Origin: an uncultured Haloferula sp.
GTDB lineage: Bacteria > Verrucomicrobiota > Verrucomicrobiia > Verrucomicrobiales > Akkermansiaceae
Length of the DNA stretch: 64,000 bases
Direction of reading: 5' to 3'
Assembly: GCA_965652295.1 (NCBI GenBank)
Contig: CBFGTS010000002.1
Location: forward strand, 96,001 to 160,000
Part shown: positions 47,151-56,050 of the stretch, piece after piece
Layout: every line of letters starts with the position of its first letter
Numbering within the stretch: the first letter of the stretch is position 1
The notes under the pieces: generated by a model
Databases searched by the model: none
Told to the model about the DNA's origin: nothing
The model's input: only the letters and a program-made list of their open reading frames with translations
Program-made: the position numbers and the translations under genes

Positions 47151-47411
47151 ATGAGCGAACAACAACTGCGTGGTGTAATTGTAAAGAAAGGCGAACCCGT
47201 TGACCGGGCTCTGAAGCGCCTGAAGACGAAGCTGGATACCGAAGGTGTCCTCGAAGAAATGCGCCGCCGCCGTGCATTCGAGTCCCCGACCCAGCGCAAG
47301 ATCCGCAAGCAACGCACCGCTCCGAAGCGCAACAAGGTCCGCTGGAAATACGTGAGCCCCTCTCAGGAGGCCAAGGCCGAGGAGGCCGCCGCTGCCAAGT
47401 CGCACGCCTGA
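47151..47411 (+). CDS. rpsU: 30S ribosomal protein S21
   Basis: V.VKKGEPVDRALKRLK..L..EG.L.E.RRRR.FE.P pattern. Confidence 0.93.
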   Translation: MSEQQLRGVIVKKGEPVDRALKRLKTKLDTEGVLEEMRRRRAFESPTQRKIRKQRTAPKRNKVRWKYVSPSQEAKAEEAAAAKSHA

Positions 47412-47439
47412 AGCCCCCTCAGTCCTTTCCCAACGAGTG

Positions 47440-47469
47440 AAGCGGTCATCTCCGGATGCCCGCTTTTTT
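47440..47469 (+). terminator. Intrinsic terminator after rpsU
   Basis: AAGCGG-TCATC-TCCG-GATG-C-CCGC followed by TTTTTT. Confidence 0.7.
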
Positions 47470-47515
47470 CGTGCTCACGGAGCATGGAGAACCGGCACGC
47501 CGCTCTTCGCGATGA

Positions 47516-48367
47516 TCACTCTCTCTTCCCTGGCAGCAACCGTGAAAGCGTCGCCATGGTTTTCGCAGTGGACTCCGCTTCCATGTGGCGGCCATCGGTG
47601 AACGAAACGCTGTCCGTCGGAAGCCCGGCGTTCAGGTCCCACCAACCCGCTCCGGATTTCACAGCCAAAGCCCGGGCAACGCGGAGTTCCGAGCTGCCCT
47701 CCAGCTCGCCCGGTGGCAGCATCACCAGCACCACCCGGCTGCCTCGCTTCTCCAGGCGAGCGATGATTCCAGCGAGTTCATCGACCAATTCTGATTCCGC
47801 CGCGGACAGCTTGGCGGCAGCCTCACCGGCATACGGGCCCGGCTGCGAATCGATCGGTAAATCCTCGGAAATCGCTGCTGGCGGCCCCTCCTTTTTCTGA
47901 ATCAGCCATGAGTAGACGAAGGCCGTGGGCCGGGCGGTGGCACCGAGGTTCGGCACCCTGCGGCCCACTTGAAACCACGGCCCCGAGATCGCCGCGGCCA
48001 TTTCCGAACCACGGCCGTCGAGATCGTAGGCGAGGGTGTTCGCCTCGACCACGACGATCGGCGCGGCATCGATTTCCCCACGATCGATTGCCCTCAGCGT
48101 AACCGCCGCGCTGCCACCATCGCAGCCGATGTTGGCGATCCCCTCCACCGCCGCCGCACGATCCGCGAGACGACCGGTGAGGGACGAACCGAGCAGCAGG
48201 ATCCGGGGATTTTCGGCGGCTGCCGTCTGGAGTCTTGCGAGCGACGAGAAGTAGTTCGATTCGCTCTTCGCGGTTTTTCCTCCCACGAGCCGCAGGCCCA
48301 GCGTCTGCACCGCTACGCACAGGGCGAGCGTGCCGAGGAAGCCGAGGACATAGCGGAGCGCGAGCAT
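47516..48367 (-). CDS. Membrane-anchored SGNH-like acyltransferase partner (DltD/AlgJ-like)
   Basis: N-terminal TM; LLLGSS block, N.G..G block and D.xH motif (FTDGRHM); start overlaps the MBOAT stop by 1 nt. Confidence 0.65.
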   Translation of the reverse strand: MLALRYVLGFLGTLALCVAVQTLGLRLVGGKTAKSESNYFSSLARLQTAAAENPRILLLGSSLTGRLADRAAAVEGIANIGCDGGSAAVTLRAIDRGEIDAAPIVVVEANTLAYDLDGRGSEMAAAISGPWFQVGRRVPNLGATARPTAFVYSWLIQKKEGPPAAISEDLPIDSQPGPYAGEAAAKLSAAESELVDELAGIIARLEKRGSRVVLVMLPPGELEGSSELRVARALAVKSGAGWWDLNAGLPTDSVSFTDGRHMEAESTAKTMATLSRLLPGKRE

Positions 48368-49839
48368 CAGAACTGGAAGTAGATGAAGCCCCGTGGCGCA
48401 CCGGGGTTGGTGACAATCAGGAATAACATCAATCCTTGCAGCGCCCCTTCAAGCGCCAAGGGCGGATGCAGCAGCAGGCGGTCGCGGCGATGCTCCTTCA
48501 GCCAGCCCCAGAGGTGGTAGACCACCGCGGCTCCGCCATAAACCACCAGCGCGAATACCGGCTGACCGGGAATGCTGAAACCGGAAGCGAGCGCCCTGAA
48601 AAAGCCGGCGATGTGCTCCATGTCCGGCATGAGGAACGTCAGCCACAGAAAGGTCACCACATGGAAAGTGTAGAACCACCGCAGCCCCGCCAGCAGAGAT
48701 CCCGCGAAGCCCTCACCGGGCAAGGTCGGAGTTTTGCCACGGAATGCCAGACGCTCGAGGGCGAGGAAGCCTCCGTGCAGGCTTCCCCAGAGCGCGAACT
48801 TCCACTCCGCTCCGTGCCACAGCCCGCCGAGGAACATGACAAGAAAAAGGTTGAGGTAGGTCCTGCCGCCGCCCTTCCGGTTTCCGCCCAGCGGAATGTA
48901 GAGGTAGTCGCGCAGCCACGAGGAAAGCGAAAGGTGCCAGCGCCGCCAGAACTCGGTGATACTGGTCGAGAGGTACGGGAAGTTGAAATTCGGCGGCAGC
49001 TTGTAGCCGAACAGCGCCCCGAGCCCGATCGCGATCAGCGAGTAGCCGGCGAAGTCGGCGAAGATCTGCAAGCCGTATCCATAGAGCATGGCCATCAGCC
49101 CCACCGGTCCGAAGGCGCGGAGACCTTCCTCGCCGATCGTCAGCAGTCCGGTTTGTTCGGCGAGGTTGTCGGCCACGAAAATCTTCAGGAAATACCCCGT
49201 GAACAGACCGCGGCGCACGGTGATCCAGTCGATCTCCCGCCACGTCTTGCCGCCGATCTGATCGAAGAAGTCGCGCGCCTTGACGATCGGTCCGGCGACG
49301 AGCTGGGGAAAAAACGCGACGTAGAAGCTGGCATCCCGCACCACCGCCACCCGGCCTTTTCCCGCCCGGGTGAACATTTCCTCGGTGTGGCGGCTGACGT
49401 CCCGACGCCACACATCGATCACCAGGCTGATCCCTTGGAAGGTGTAAAACGAGATCCCCACCGGCAGAGGAATCCCTCGCGCCCAGGCGATGACGCTCTC
49501 CGGGAGCCATGGGAGCTGACCTGCGAGGAAACCCGCGTACTTGAAAACCGCGAGCAGGCCGAGATTGACCACCACCGCCATCTTCATCGTGCGGCGCGCC
49601 CCGGCATCAGCCCCCAGGCGGCGCAGACGCAGAATTCTTCCCGCCGCGAGCGAGTTCAGGATGCAGGAAAACCCCAGCAGCGGTAGAAGCTGCGGCGCGC
49701 CCCAAGCATAGAAAAGCGCGCTGGAGGCCAACAACAGTCCCACCTGCCACAGCCTGCGCGCACCCGAGGGCACAGGCAGGTAGTAGAGGATGAAAGTCAG
49801 CGCCAGGAGCGCGAGGAACTCGAAGGAATTGAACAGCAT
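48367..49839 (-). CDS. MBOAT-family O-acyltransferase (AlgI/DltB-like)
   Basis: MLFNS..F, LP.GISFYTFQ.IS, FFPQLVAGPI, QIF.DF.GYS.IA, NF..PY...S..EFWRRWH.SLS.W.RDY.YIPLGG, L.GLWHGA and FIYFQF end. Confidence 0.95.
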   Translation of the reverse strand: MLFNSFEFLALLALTFILYYLPVPSGARRLWQVGLLLASSALFYAWGAPQLLPLLGFSCILNSLAAGRILRLRRLGADAGARRTMKMAVVVNLGLLAVFKYAGFLAGQLPWLPESVIAWARGIPLPVGISFYTFQGISLVIDVWRRDVSRHTEEMFTRAGKGRVAVVRDASFYVAFFPQLVAGPIVKARDFFDQIGGKTWREIDWITVRRGLFTGYFLKIFVADNLAEQTGLLTIGEEGLRAFGPVGLMAMLYGYGLQIFADFAGYSLIAIGLGALFGYKLPPNFNFPYLSTSITEFWRRWHLSLSSWLRDYLYIPLGGNRKGGGRTYLNLFLVMFLGGLWHGAEWKFALWGSLHGGFLALERLAFRGKTPTLPGEGFAGSLLAGLRWFYTFHVVTFLWLTFLMPDMEHIAGFFRALASGFSIPGQPVFALVVYGGAAVVYHLWGWLKEHRRDRLLLHPPLALEGALQGLMLFLIVTNPGAPRGFIYFQF

Positions 49840-49929
49840 GCCGGGGGAGGCTCGGAAAACCCACGGAAGGATTTCCCTTCCCGAAGAACCCTAACAGCAC
49901 GCCTCCGTCAAGGTCGTGACCAGCCGCGA

Positions 49930-50673
49930 TCACGTCTCCAGCGAGCGCCACAGCACAAATGCGCCGGTTGCCAGGATCATCCCAGCGAAGCCCCGCCGCA
50001 GCTGCCGCTCCGGAAAACGGATTGATAGACATTTTCCCGCCACCGTCCCGACGACCGCAAATGCGGTGAACAGAAGGGTCAATGCCCCATGCCCCGCCTC
50101 CATCGCCCCGTGCGAGATCCAGCCGATGAGTGAATTCACAGCGATCACCGCCAGCGAGGTCCCAACCGCCATCCGGATCGGAAGACGAGCGAATTTCATA
50201 AGTGCCGGCATCAAAAGGAATCCACCGCCCACGCCCATGAAGCCGGTGAGAATGCCCGTACCGGCCCCGGCGAGGAGGCAGCGAAACGGTTTGCACTCGG
50301 GTGCGATTTCATTCGGCACCTCACCGCCCAAGAACATCCGCCATGCCACGAGCAACATCAGCAGACCGAAAGCCCCCATCAGCAGCGAAGCAGGAACCAA
50401 GGAAGTGAAGCGTGCTCCGAGCGCCGCCCCGGCCATGCCGGAAAGCCCGAACATCAGCGCCGCCCGGCCGTGGAACTCACCTGATTTCCACCGCTGGACC
50501 GCCCCCACGAGGGCTGCCGAGCCGACCACAAAAAGACTCACCGGCACCGCTTCGTGCGGGGGCAGCCCGGCCAGATAGACCAGTACTGGAAGCGTCAGGA
50601 TGCTGCCACCCGCGCCGGTGAGTCCGAGCGATAGCCCGATCGCAACCGCCCCGGCGATGGTCAGCAGGTTCAT
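49930..50673 (-). CDS. Sulfite exporter TauE/SafE (TSUP) family
   Basis: GL.GAGGSIL..P.L and G..GVGGGFL..P.L repeats; AVGTSL; multiple TMs. Confidence 0.92.
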   Translation of the reverse strand: MNLLTIAGAVAIGLSLGLTGAGGSILTLPVLVYLAGLPPHEAVPVSLFVVGSAALVGAVQRWKSGEFHGRAALMFGLSGMAGAALGARFTSLVPASLLMGAFGLLMLLVAWRMFLGGEVPNEIAPECKPFRCLLAGAGTGILTGFMGVGGGFLLMPALMKFARLPIRMAVGTSLAVIAVNSLIGWISHGAMEAGHGALTLLFTAFAVVGTVAGKCLSIRFPERQLRRGFAGMILATGAFVLWRSLET

Positions 50674-51239
50674 GGCGCGGGCACCGTTACCTTCCAAATG
50701 CCGCGCAACTCATTGAGCGCGTAGCCGGTCGCTTTGTCCTGAGGATAGAGCTCCGCCAATGTCGTCCGCGTCTCCGGCAGCACCTGCGGCTCGCCACCGT
50801 GGCAACTCAGACAAAGCTCGGAGGTGATCATGATCGGCAGCCGGACCTCAGCCGAGCCGTCGGCATCTCGCACAACTTGCGGCGCGGGCGTGGAACCTTG
50901 CAGGATCGACTCCTGAAACGTCTCCATCACCCGCTTGTCCACAGTGGTCGCCATCTGGGCGGGGTTGCGGGGTCTGTCGCTGACGCGTTTTAGGGAAACG
51001 CCGTGTTCGCGGCCGATCTCGTCGGCGAGAGCCGCCGCGCGGGTCGAGCAGATCTGGATCGCCGCAGGCGGACCACCCTCGCCCATCGCCCGGGCAAGCT
51101 CGCCGGAGAGCTTCGCGAAGGCGGCCTGCGCCGCAGCCTCCGCTTTTTCCACGGCCTCCATCTCGTTGAGTGACGCCGGAACAGGCCTGGACCGGCACCC
51201 GGCGATCACCAGCAGCGCGAGCAACGGCCACAATTTCAT
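50670..51239 (-). CDS. DUF3365/Tll0287-like c-type heme lipoprotein
   Basis: Lipobox IAGC; GG...AI..C, RVS..PRNP, CLSCHG heme-c motif and YP.DKA.GY...ELRG. Confidence 0.85.
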   Translation of the reverse strand: MKLWPLLALLVIAGCRSRPVPASLNEMEAVEKAEAAAQAAFAKLSGELARAMGEGGPPAAIQICSTRAAALADEIGREHGVSLKRVSDRPRNPAQMATTVDKRVMETFQESILQGSTPAPQVVRDADGSAEVRLPIMITSELCLSCHGGEPQVLPETRTTLAELYPQDKATGYALNELRGIWKVTVPAP

Positions 51240-52663
51240 GAACGGAGAGCCTCGGGGATTTCCGCGAACGAACCATCGACGTGTACGACCTGGAAGCCTC
51301 TGGACGCCAGAAACGACGCGGCCAGCGCCGCACGCAGCCCGCTGGCGCAGTGAACCAGCAGAGGTTTGCCATCCGGCACCTCATCCAGCCGCGCCAGCAA
51401 TCGCGTGTGAGCGACATTGACCGCCCCCGACACATGGCCCGCCTTGAACTCACCCGCACCGCGGACATCCAGAACCACACTGTTCTCACGCTCCAACGCT
51501 TCACCGAGACGGGTGGTGGCGAGACGTTCAATGGAGGTGGTGAACTCCGCTGATTCGATGGCTTCGCCCACAGGCATCCAGGCATCGATCTGATCGAGGC
51601 CGATCCGGATCAGATCGCGCACGATACCGTCGAGGTCGCTCTCATTTTCCACCAGCAGCAGGACCGGCGCGTCCTCTTCAAGATACGATCCCGCGGCCAC
51701 CGAATGTTTCCCTCCGGAGAGCGGGGCGAAGAGAGCCCCCTTGACATGCCTCTTCATGAACGCCTCCCGATCACTCCTGAGGTCGAGAATCCGATGATCC
51801 CCCTTCGAAAGCCAATCGGCCAGACCCGCCGCGTCGAGTCGCTCCGGTGCCGGCAATCTGCCCCCCGGCAGAAGCGCCGGCCCCTGGCGGTTGTCGCGTT
51901 TCATCCTCGCGAAATAGAGCGGCGGTTCCGGCTGGCCATCGAGGATCTCATCGACGAAATCCTGTTCTTCGCCCTCCAATGCCAGCCGCAAGGCCGGGTT
52001 GTGGCGGCGTTCGTAATCCAGCACGCTCACCGGCACGCTGCCCAGTGCCTTGCCGCAGGCACTCCCGGCACCGTGCGCGGGCAGCACTTGGAGAAATCCG
52101 GGAAGCGTTGCCGTGCTACGGAGGCTCTCATACAAAACCCTCGCCGAAGGTTCCATCTGCCCCGCCTGACCGGCAGCGCTCTCCAACAAATCCGGCCGGC
52201 CCACATCCCCGACAAACAGAAAGTCCCCGCTGAGAATCGCCAATGGCTCTTCCGCGCCACCACCATCGTCGATCACCAGGAAGCTCAAGTGCTCCGGGGT
52301 GTGACCCGGTGTCAGGATCGCTTGAACCTCGACGTTCCCGATGTGAAATGCGTCCCCATCGCGGAGCAAAGTGACGCCTTCCAGTCCCTTCGCCCATTCG
52401 AACTGCCAGTCGTCTCCGCCCTCGGCGGAAAGGTAACCCTTCGCTCCATGGCGCTCGATCAGCTCACGTGCGCCGCTCAGAAAGTCCGCGTGGATGTGGG
52501 TATCCGCCACGGCGGTGATGCGGAGGTCATTCTTCGCGGCGAGTTCTAGGTAGCGGTCCACGTCCCTTTCGGGATCGATCACGACCGCCTCGCCGGTTTT
52601 CTGGCAGCCGATCAAATAAGCATTCTGCGCCAGAACCGGATCCGTGACTTGTCTTAAAAACAT
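51236..52663 (-). CDS. MBL-fold persulfide dioxygenase-rhodanese fusion (CstB-like)
   Basis: THIHADF, TPGHTPEH, GD.LFVGDVGRPDL, PAHGAGSACG, Q.EPP.YF..MK..N; two rhodanese domains, the last with HCASG.R. Confidence 0.9.
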   Translation of the reverse strand: MFLRQVTDPVLAQNAYLIGCQKTGEAVVIDPERDVDRYLELAAKNDLRITAVADTHIHADFLSGARELIERHGAKGYLSAEGGDDWQFEWAKGLEGVTLLRDGDAFHIGNVEVQAILTPGHTPEHLSFLVIDDGGGAEEPLAILSGDFLFVGDVGRPDLLESAAGQAGQMEPSARVLYESLRSTATLPGFLQVLPAHGAGSACGKALGSVPVSVLDYERRHNPALRLALEGEEQDFVDEILDGQPEPPLYFARMKRDNRQGPALLPGGRLPAPERLDAAGLADWLSKGDHRILDLRSDREAFMKRHVKGALFAPLSGGKHSVAAGSYLEEDAPVLLLVENESDLDGIVRDLIRIGLDQIDAWMPVGEAIESAEFTTSIERLATTRLGEALERENSVVLDVRGAGEFKAGHVSGAVNVAHTRLLARLDEVPDGKPLLVHCASGLRAALAASFLASRGFQVVHVDGSFAEIPEALRS

Positions 52664-52682
52664 GGGTCGGACAGGTTGGTGT

Positions 52683-53222
52683 TCAGCGCGAGCAGGAGTT
52701 GCCGTGGCAGCAATGCCCGGAGCGCTGGTTCCAGGGAGCCTTGGCCAGAAGCATCGCCATCCCGCACCAGTCGGTCAGGCCCGCAAAGGTCAATCCCGCT
52801 CCCACAAATGCCGCTATACCATAAAATCCGGGGTGCACCCAAGCGCCGAGAACCACGCCGGTGAGAACCAACAGCCCGGCCACGATCCTGACCTGTCTTT
52901 CGAGCGAAAGCACTTCCTTGCCGCGGTTTACCGGCAGCCCCGCCTCTTCCCACGCCGTCACACCGCCCTCGAGCACGCGGAGATTCGCGCAACCCGCCGC
53001 GGCCAGCTTCTCCATCGCCTGCGCCGCCCGTTTTCCTGAGCGGCAGACGATCACGCAGTCCTTGGCGGACGACTTCACCTCTTCCGGTCGCAGGCGGTCG
53101 AGCGGCATCAGGCGTGAGCCCTCGATGTGAACCTCGCCATACTCCGCAGGCGTGCGCACATCGATGAGCTGCACCTTGCCGGTCATCAGTTCGTCCTTCA
53201 GTTGATTCGCGTCGATCTTCAT
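52683..53222 (-). CDS. Rhodanese + DUF2892 membrane protein (YgaP-like)
   Basis: LIDVR...EY...HI.G, VCRSG.RA, LEGG..AW; ERQVRI.AG...GAGL.FAGL..WCGM..LL...PWN. Confidence 0.9.
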   Translation of the reverse strand: MKIDANQLKDELMTGKVQLIDVRTPAEYGEVHIEGSRLMPLDRLRPEEVKSSAKDCVIVCRSGKRAAQAMEKLAAAGCANLRVLEGGVTAWEEAGLPVNRGKEVLSLERQVRIVAGLLVLTGVVLGAWVHPGFYGIAAFVGAGLTFAGLTDWCGMAMLLAKAPWNQRSGHCCHGNSCSR

Positions 53223-53257
53223 GCGGGTTGCCCGATAATCCCGGGTTGATTTGTTAA

Positions 53258-53291
53258 TTGCGTATATAACCATTCAGTTATTCTTGCGCAA
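53258..53291. promoter_or_regulatory. Candidate ArsR operator in divergent promoter region
   Basis: AT-rich nested inverted repeats ATAAC-N6-GTTAT (53266..53281) inside TTGCG...CGCAA. Confidence 0.55.
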
Positions 53292-53318
53292 GGAAAAATT
53301 TGCGGGCACGGTTCCGGC

Positions 53319-53633
53319 ATGAGACTTGAGATGGACGAACTCGAGCGGGTGGCCGGCTTCTTTCGCGCGTTTTCCGAGCCCACGCGCCTGGCGCTGCTGC
53401 AGGAGTTGAAGGAGGCCGAAAAGACGGTGGGCGAGCTCGTCGACAGCCTCCCCACCACGCAGGCGAATGTTTCCAAGCAGCTCAAAATCCTCCACACCGC
53501 CGGCTTGGTCGGCCGACGCAAAGAGGGAACCAGCGTGCTCTACTCGATCTGCGAACCGGCCGTCATGGACCTCTGCCGGATCGCCTGCGACAAGCTGAAC
53601 AGCGAGGCGAAGCCCCGGAAGTTGCGTTTCTGA
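53319..53633 (+). CDS. ArsR/SmtB-family repressor (probable persulfide sensor)
   Basis: F.A.SEP.RL..L..L...E.TVGEL......Q.NVS.QL..L...GLV..R.EG....Y; three Cys in the C-terminal region; divergent from the sulfur genes. Confidence 0.9.
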   Translation: MRLEMDELERVAGFFRAFSEPTRLALLQELKEAEKTVGELVDSLPTTQANVSKQLKILHTAGLVGRRKEGTSVLYSICEPAVMDLCRIACDKLNSEAKPRKLRF

Positions 53634-53639
53634 GCCGAC

Positions 53640-54539
53640 CTACGGAAACTTTAGTAGTGGAGCGCCGACGCCTTCGCTGGTGACGAGGATCGCCTTCCCG
53701 TCCGGTTCGAACGCGATGGCCTCGGCTTGAGTCAAGCGATGCGAGCCGACCGTTTCCCACGGTCGCGCGAAGGCTTCGGACCAGCTCTCCTTTTCGCCAC
53801 GCCGGATCACGAACACGCCCTGATAGGTGAGCACCGCCGCCGTCCGTCCGTCGCGTGAGAAATCCATCGCCGTCGGCTGCTTTCCGTAGGGATGGAACGG
53901 CATGCCCTCGGGTACCGGAGGAACCAATGTCTCACCAAGGAATTCAGCCGTTTCCATACCGCCTCCGCCCGGGCGTTCGAGGGGCAGACGGTAGAGACGC
54001 GGCTTCTTGTCGCGCTTGCTGAGGAGAAAAATCGATCCACCCGGAACATCGACCGCCACCGCCTCGCAGTCGCGCGGGCCGTCGGGATAGCGGAATTCGA
54101 CCCTACCGATCGTTTCCGGCGCGACGTCCAGCAAGTCGCCATTCCGGGGCATTTCAGGCTCCGGGACAAAGTAGAGGCTGCCACCTCCTTTGCGGACGGC
54201 CTCGTTGTCACCCACGTCCGCCACCAGCAACCACGAACGACCTTTCCAGCGGAACGCCGCGAGGTCCTCCCAGTCGATGTTTCGCGCGCCCGCCAAACGG
54301 ACGACTCCGCGTGCCCGGCCGCTGCGGTCGGCAAGGTGGATCGTGGCCGGGCAGCCACTGTCGTTGATCAACCAGAGAAACGAAGGATCGCTGGGCGAAA
54401 CCGCCATGCCGCTCGCCTCGGGCAGGGCCGGATCGGCGAATTTGACGGCCTCCGGCTCGTCCGCCATGCCCGCGCAGGTAGCGAGGGCCACCGCTGCGGG
54501 ACAGAATGACCAGCGGGAAAAGAAAGCGGCGGCGTGCAT
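53640..54539 (-). CDS. Exported beta-propeller-like hypothetical protein
   Basis: EASG.A.S, W..NDSG, DWEDLA, AD.GDN...R, YPDG..DCEA and Q.EAI.F blade-like motifs. Confidence 0.7.
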   Translation of the reverse strand: MHAAAFFSRWSFCPAAVALATCAGMADEPEAVKFADPALPEASGMAVSPSDPSFLWLINDSGCPATIHLADRSGRARGVVRLAGARNIDWEDLAAFRWKGRSWLLVADVGDNEAVRKGGGSLYFVPEPEMPRNGDLLDVAPETIGRVEFRYPDGPRDCEAVAVDVPGGSIFLLSKRDKKPRLYRLPLERPGGGGMETAEFLGETLVPPVPEGMPFHPYGKQPTAMDFSRDGRTAAVLTYQGVFVIRRGEKESWSEAFARPWETVGSHRLTQAEAIAFEPDGKAILVTSEGVGAPLLKFP

Positions 54540-54631
54540 ACGACGAACTTTCGCCGCCCTCCCACGCGATGCAAGCCCGCCGGAGGTTCGCCGGTCTTGC
54601 CTCCCCGGCTGTCGTCCGTTAACTCCGGCCC

Positions 54632-56050
54632 GTGATTCCGAACGTCCTCGCCGAACGCTACGCCTCCCCCGCCCTCCAAGCCATCTGGTCCGCCGAAGGC
54701 CGCATCGTGCTTGAGCGCGAGTTCTGGATCGCCGTGATGAAGGCCCAGCGCGACCTCGGCCTCGACGTCCCGCAGGAGGCCATCGACGCCTATGAAAAGG
54801 TGAAGGATCAGGTCGACGCCGCCTCCATCATGGAGCGCGAGCGCATCACCCGCCACGATGTGAAGGCACGCATCGAGGAATTCAACGACCTCGCCGGCCA
54901 CGAGCACGTCCACAAGGGCATGACCTCGCGCGACCTCACCGAGAATGTCGAGCAGCTCCAGGTCTTTCGTTCTCTGCAGATCATCCGTGACAAGTCGGTC
55001 GCCACGCTGGCCCGCGTCTCGAAACGCGCCGCGCAGTGGGCCGACCTCGTCATCACCGCCCGCACCCACAACGTCGCCGCCCAGCCGACCACTTTCGGCA
55101 AACGTCTCGCGATGTTCGGAGAAGAGATGCTTTCCGCCCACGCCGCCGTGCAGGACCTGGTGGACCGCTATCCCGTCCGGGGCCTGAAGGGCGCGGTGGG
55201 CACCCAGATGGACCAGTTGTCGCTCTTCGATGGCGATGCGGCAAAGGTCGCCGAACTGGAGAAGCAGGTCGTCGCCCACCTTGGCATGCCGGCGGTGTGG
55301 ACCAACGTCGGTCAGGTCTACCCGCGCTCGCTTGATTTCCGCGTGGTCGCCGCCCTCACCGACCTCGGCAGCGGACCTTCCTCCTTCGCCAAAACCCTGC
55401 GCCTGATGGCGGGGCACGAAACCGCCAGCGAAGGCTTCGCGCCCGGACAGACCGGATCGAGCGCGATGCCCCACAAGATGAACTCCCGCTCCTGCGAACG
55501 GGTGAACGGCTTCCACGTCATCCTCAAAGGACACCTCACCATGGCCGGTGGCCTCGCGGGCGATCAGTGGAACGAGGGAGACGTGTCCTGCTCCGTCGTT
55601 CGACGGGTGATGCTGCCCGATGCGTTCTTCGCCATCGACGGACTGTTCGAGACGTTCCTGACCGTCCTCGATCAAATGGACGCCTACCCCGCCGTCATCG
55701 CCAAGGAGAACGCGCACTACCTCCCCTTCCTCATGACCACCACGATCATGATGGAGGCGGTGAAAGCCGGCGTCGGCCGCGAGACCGCCCACAAGGCGAT
55801 CAAGGAACATGCCGTGGCCACCGTGAACGATCTCCGCTCCGGTAAATCCAGTACGAATGATCTCGTCGTCCGGCTCGCTGGCGATGCACGCATCCCGTTG
55901 ACCCAGGAGCAGCTCACCGCGATCGTCGCCACCGGAGAGAGCAACGCCGGGGCCGCCGGTCGCCAGATCGCCGCTTTCGTGTCCGCCGTGGAAGAGCTTT
56001 CCTCCCGCCACCCGGAAGCCGCGGCTTACGCACCGGGCTCGATCCTTTGA
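54632..56050 (+). CDS. purB: Adenylosuccinate lyase
   Basis: L..RYAS, TRHDVKA, H.GMTS.D, RTH...AQPTT.GKR, G.KG.VGT and GSSAMPHK.N signature. Confidence 0.95.
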   Translation: MIPNVLAERYASPALQAIWSAEGRIVLEREFWIAVMKAQRDLGLDVPQEAIDAYEKVKDQVDAASIMERERITRHDVKARIEEFNDLAGHEHVHKGMTSRDLTENVEQLQVFRSLQIIRDKSVATLARVSKRAAQWADLVITARTHNVAAQPTTFGKRLAMFGEEMLSAHAAVQDLVDRYPVRGLKGAVGTQMDQLSLFDGDAAKVAELEKQVVAHLGMPAVWTNVGQVYPRSLDFRVVAALTDLGSGPSSFAKTLRLMAGHETASEGFAPGQTGSSAMPHKMNSRSCERVNGFHVILKGHLTMAGGLAGDQWNEGDVSCSVVRRVMLPDAFFAIDGLFETFLTVLDQMDAYPAVIAKENAHYLPFLMTTTIMMEAVKAGVGRETAHKAIKEHAVATVNDLRSGKSSTNDLVVRLAGDARIPLTQEQLTAIVATGESNAGAAGRQIAAFVSAVEELSSRHPEAAAYAPGSIL

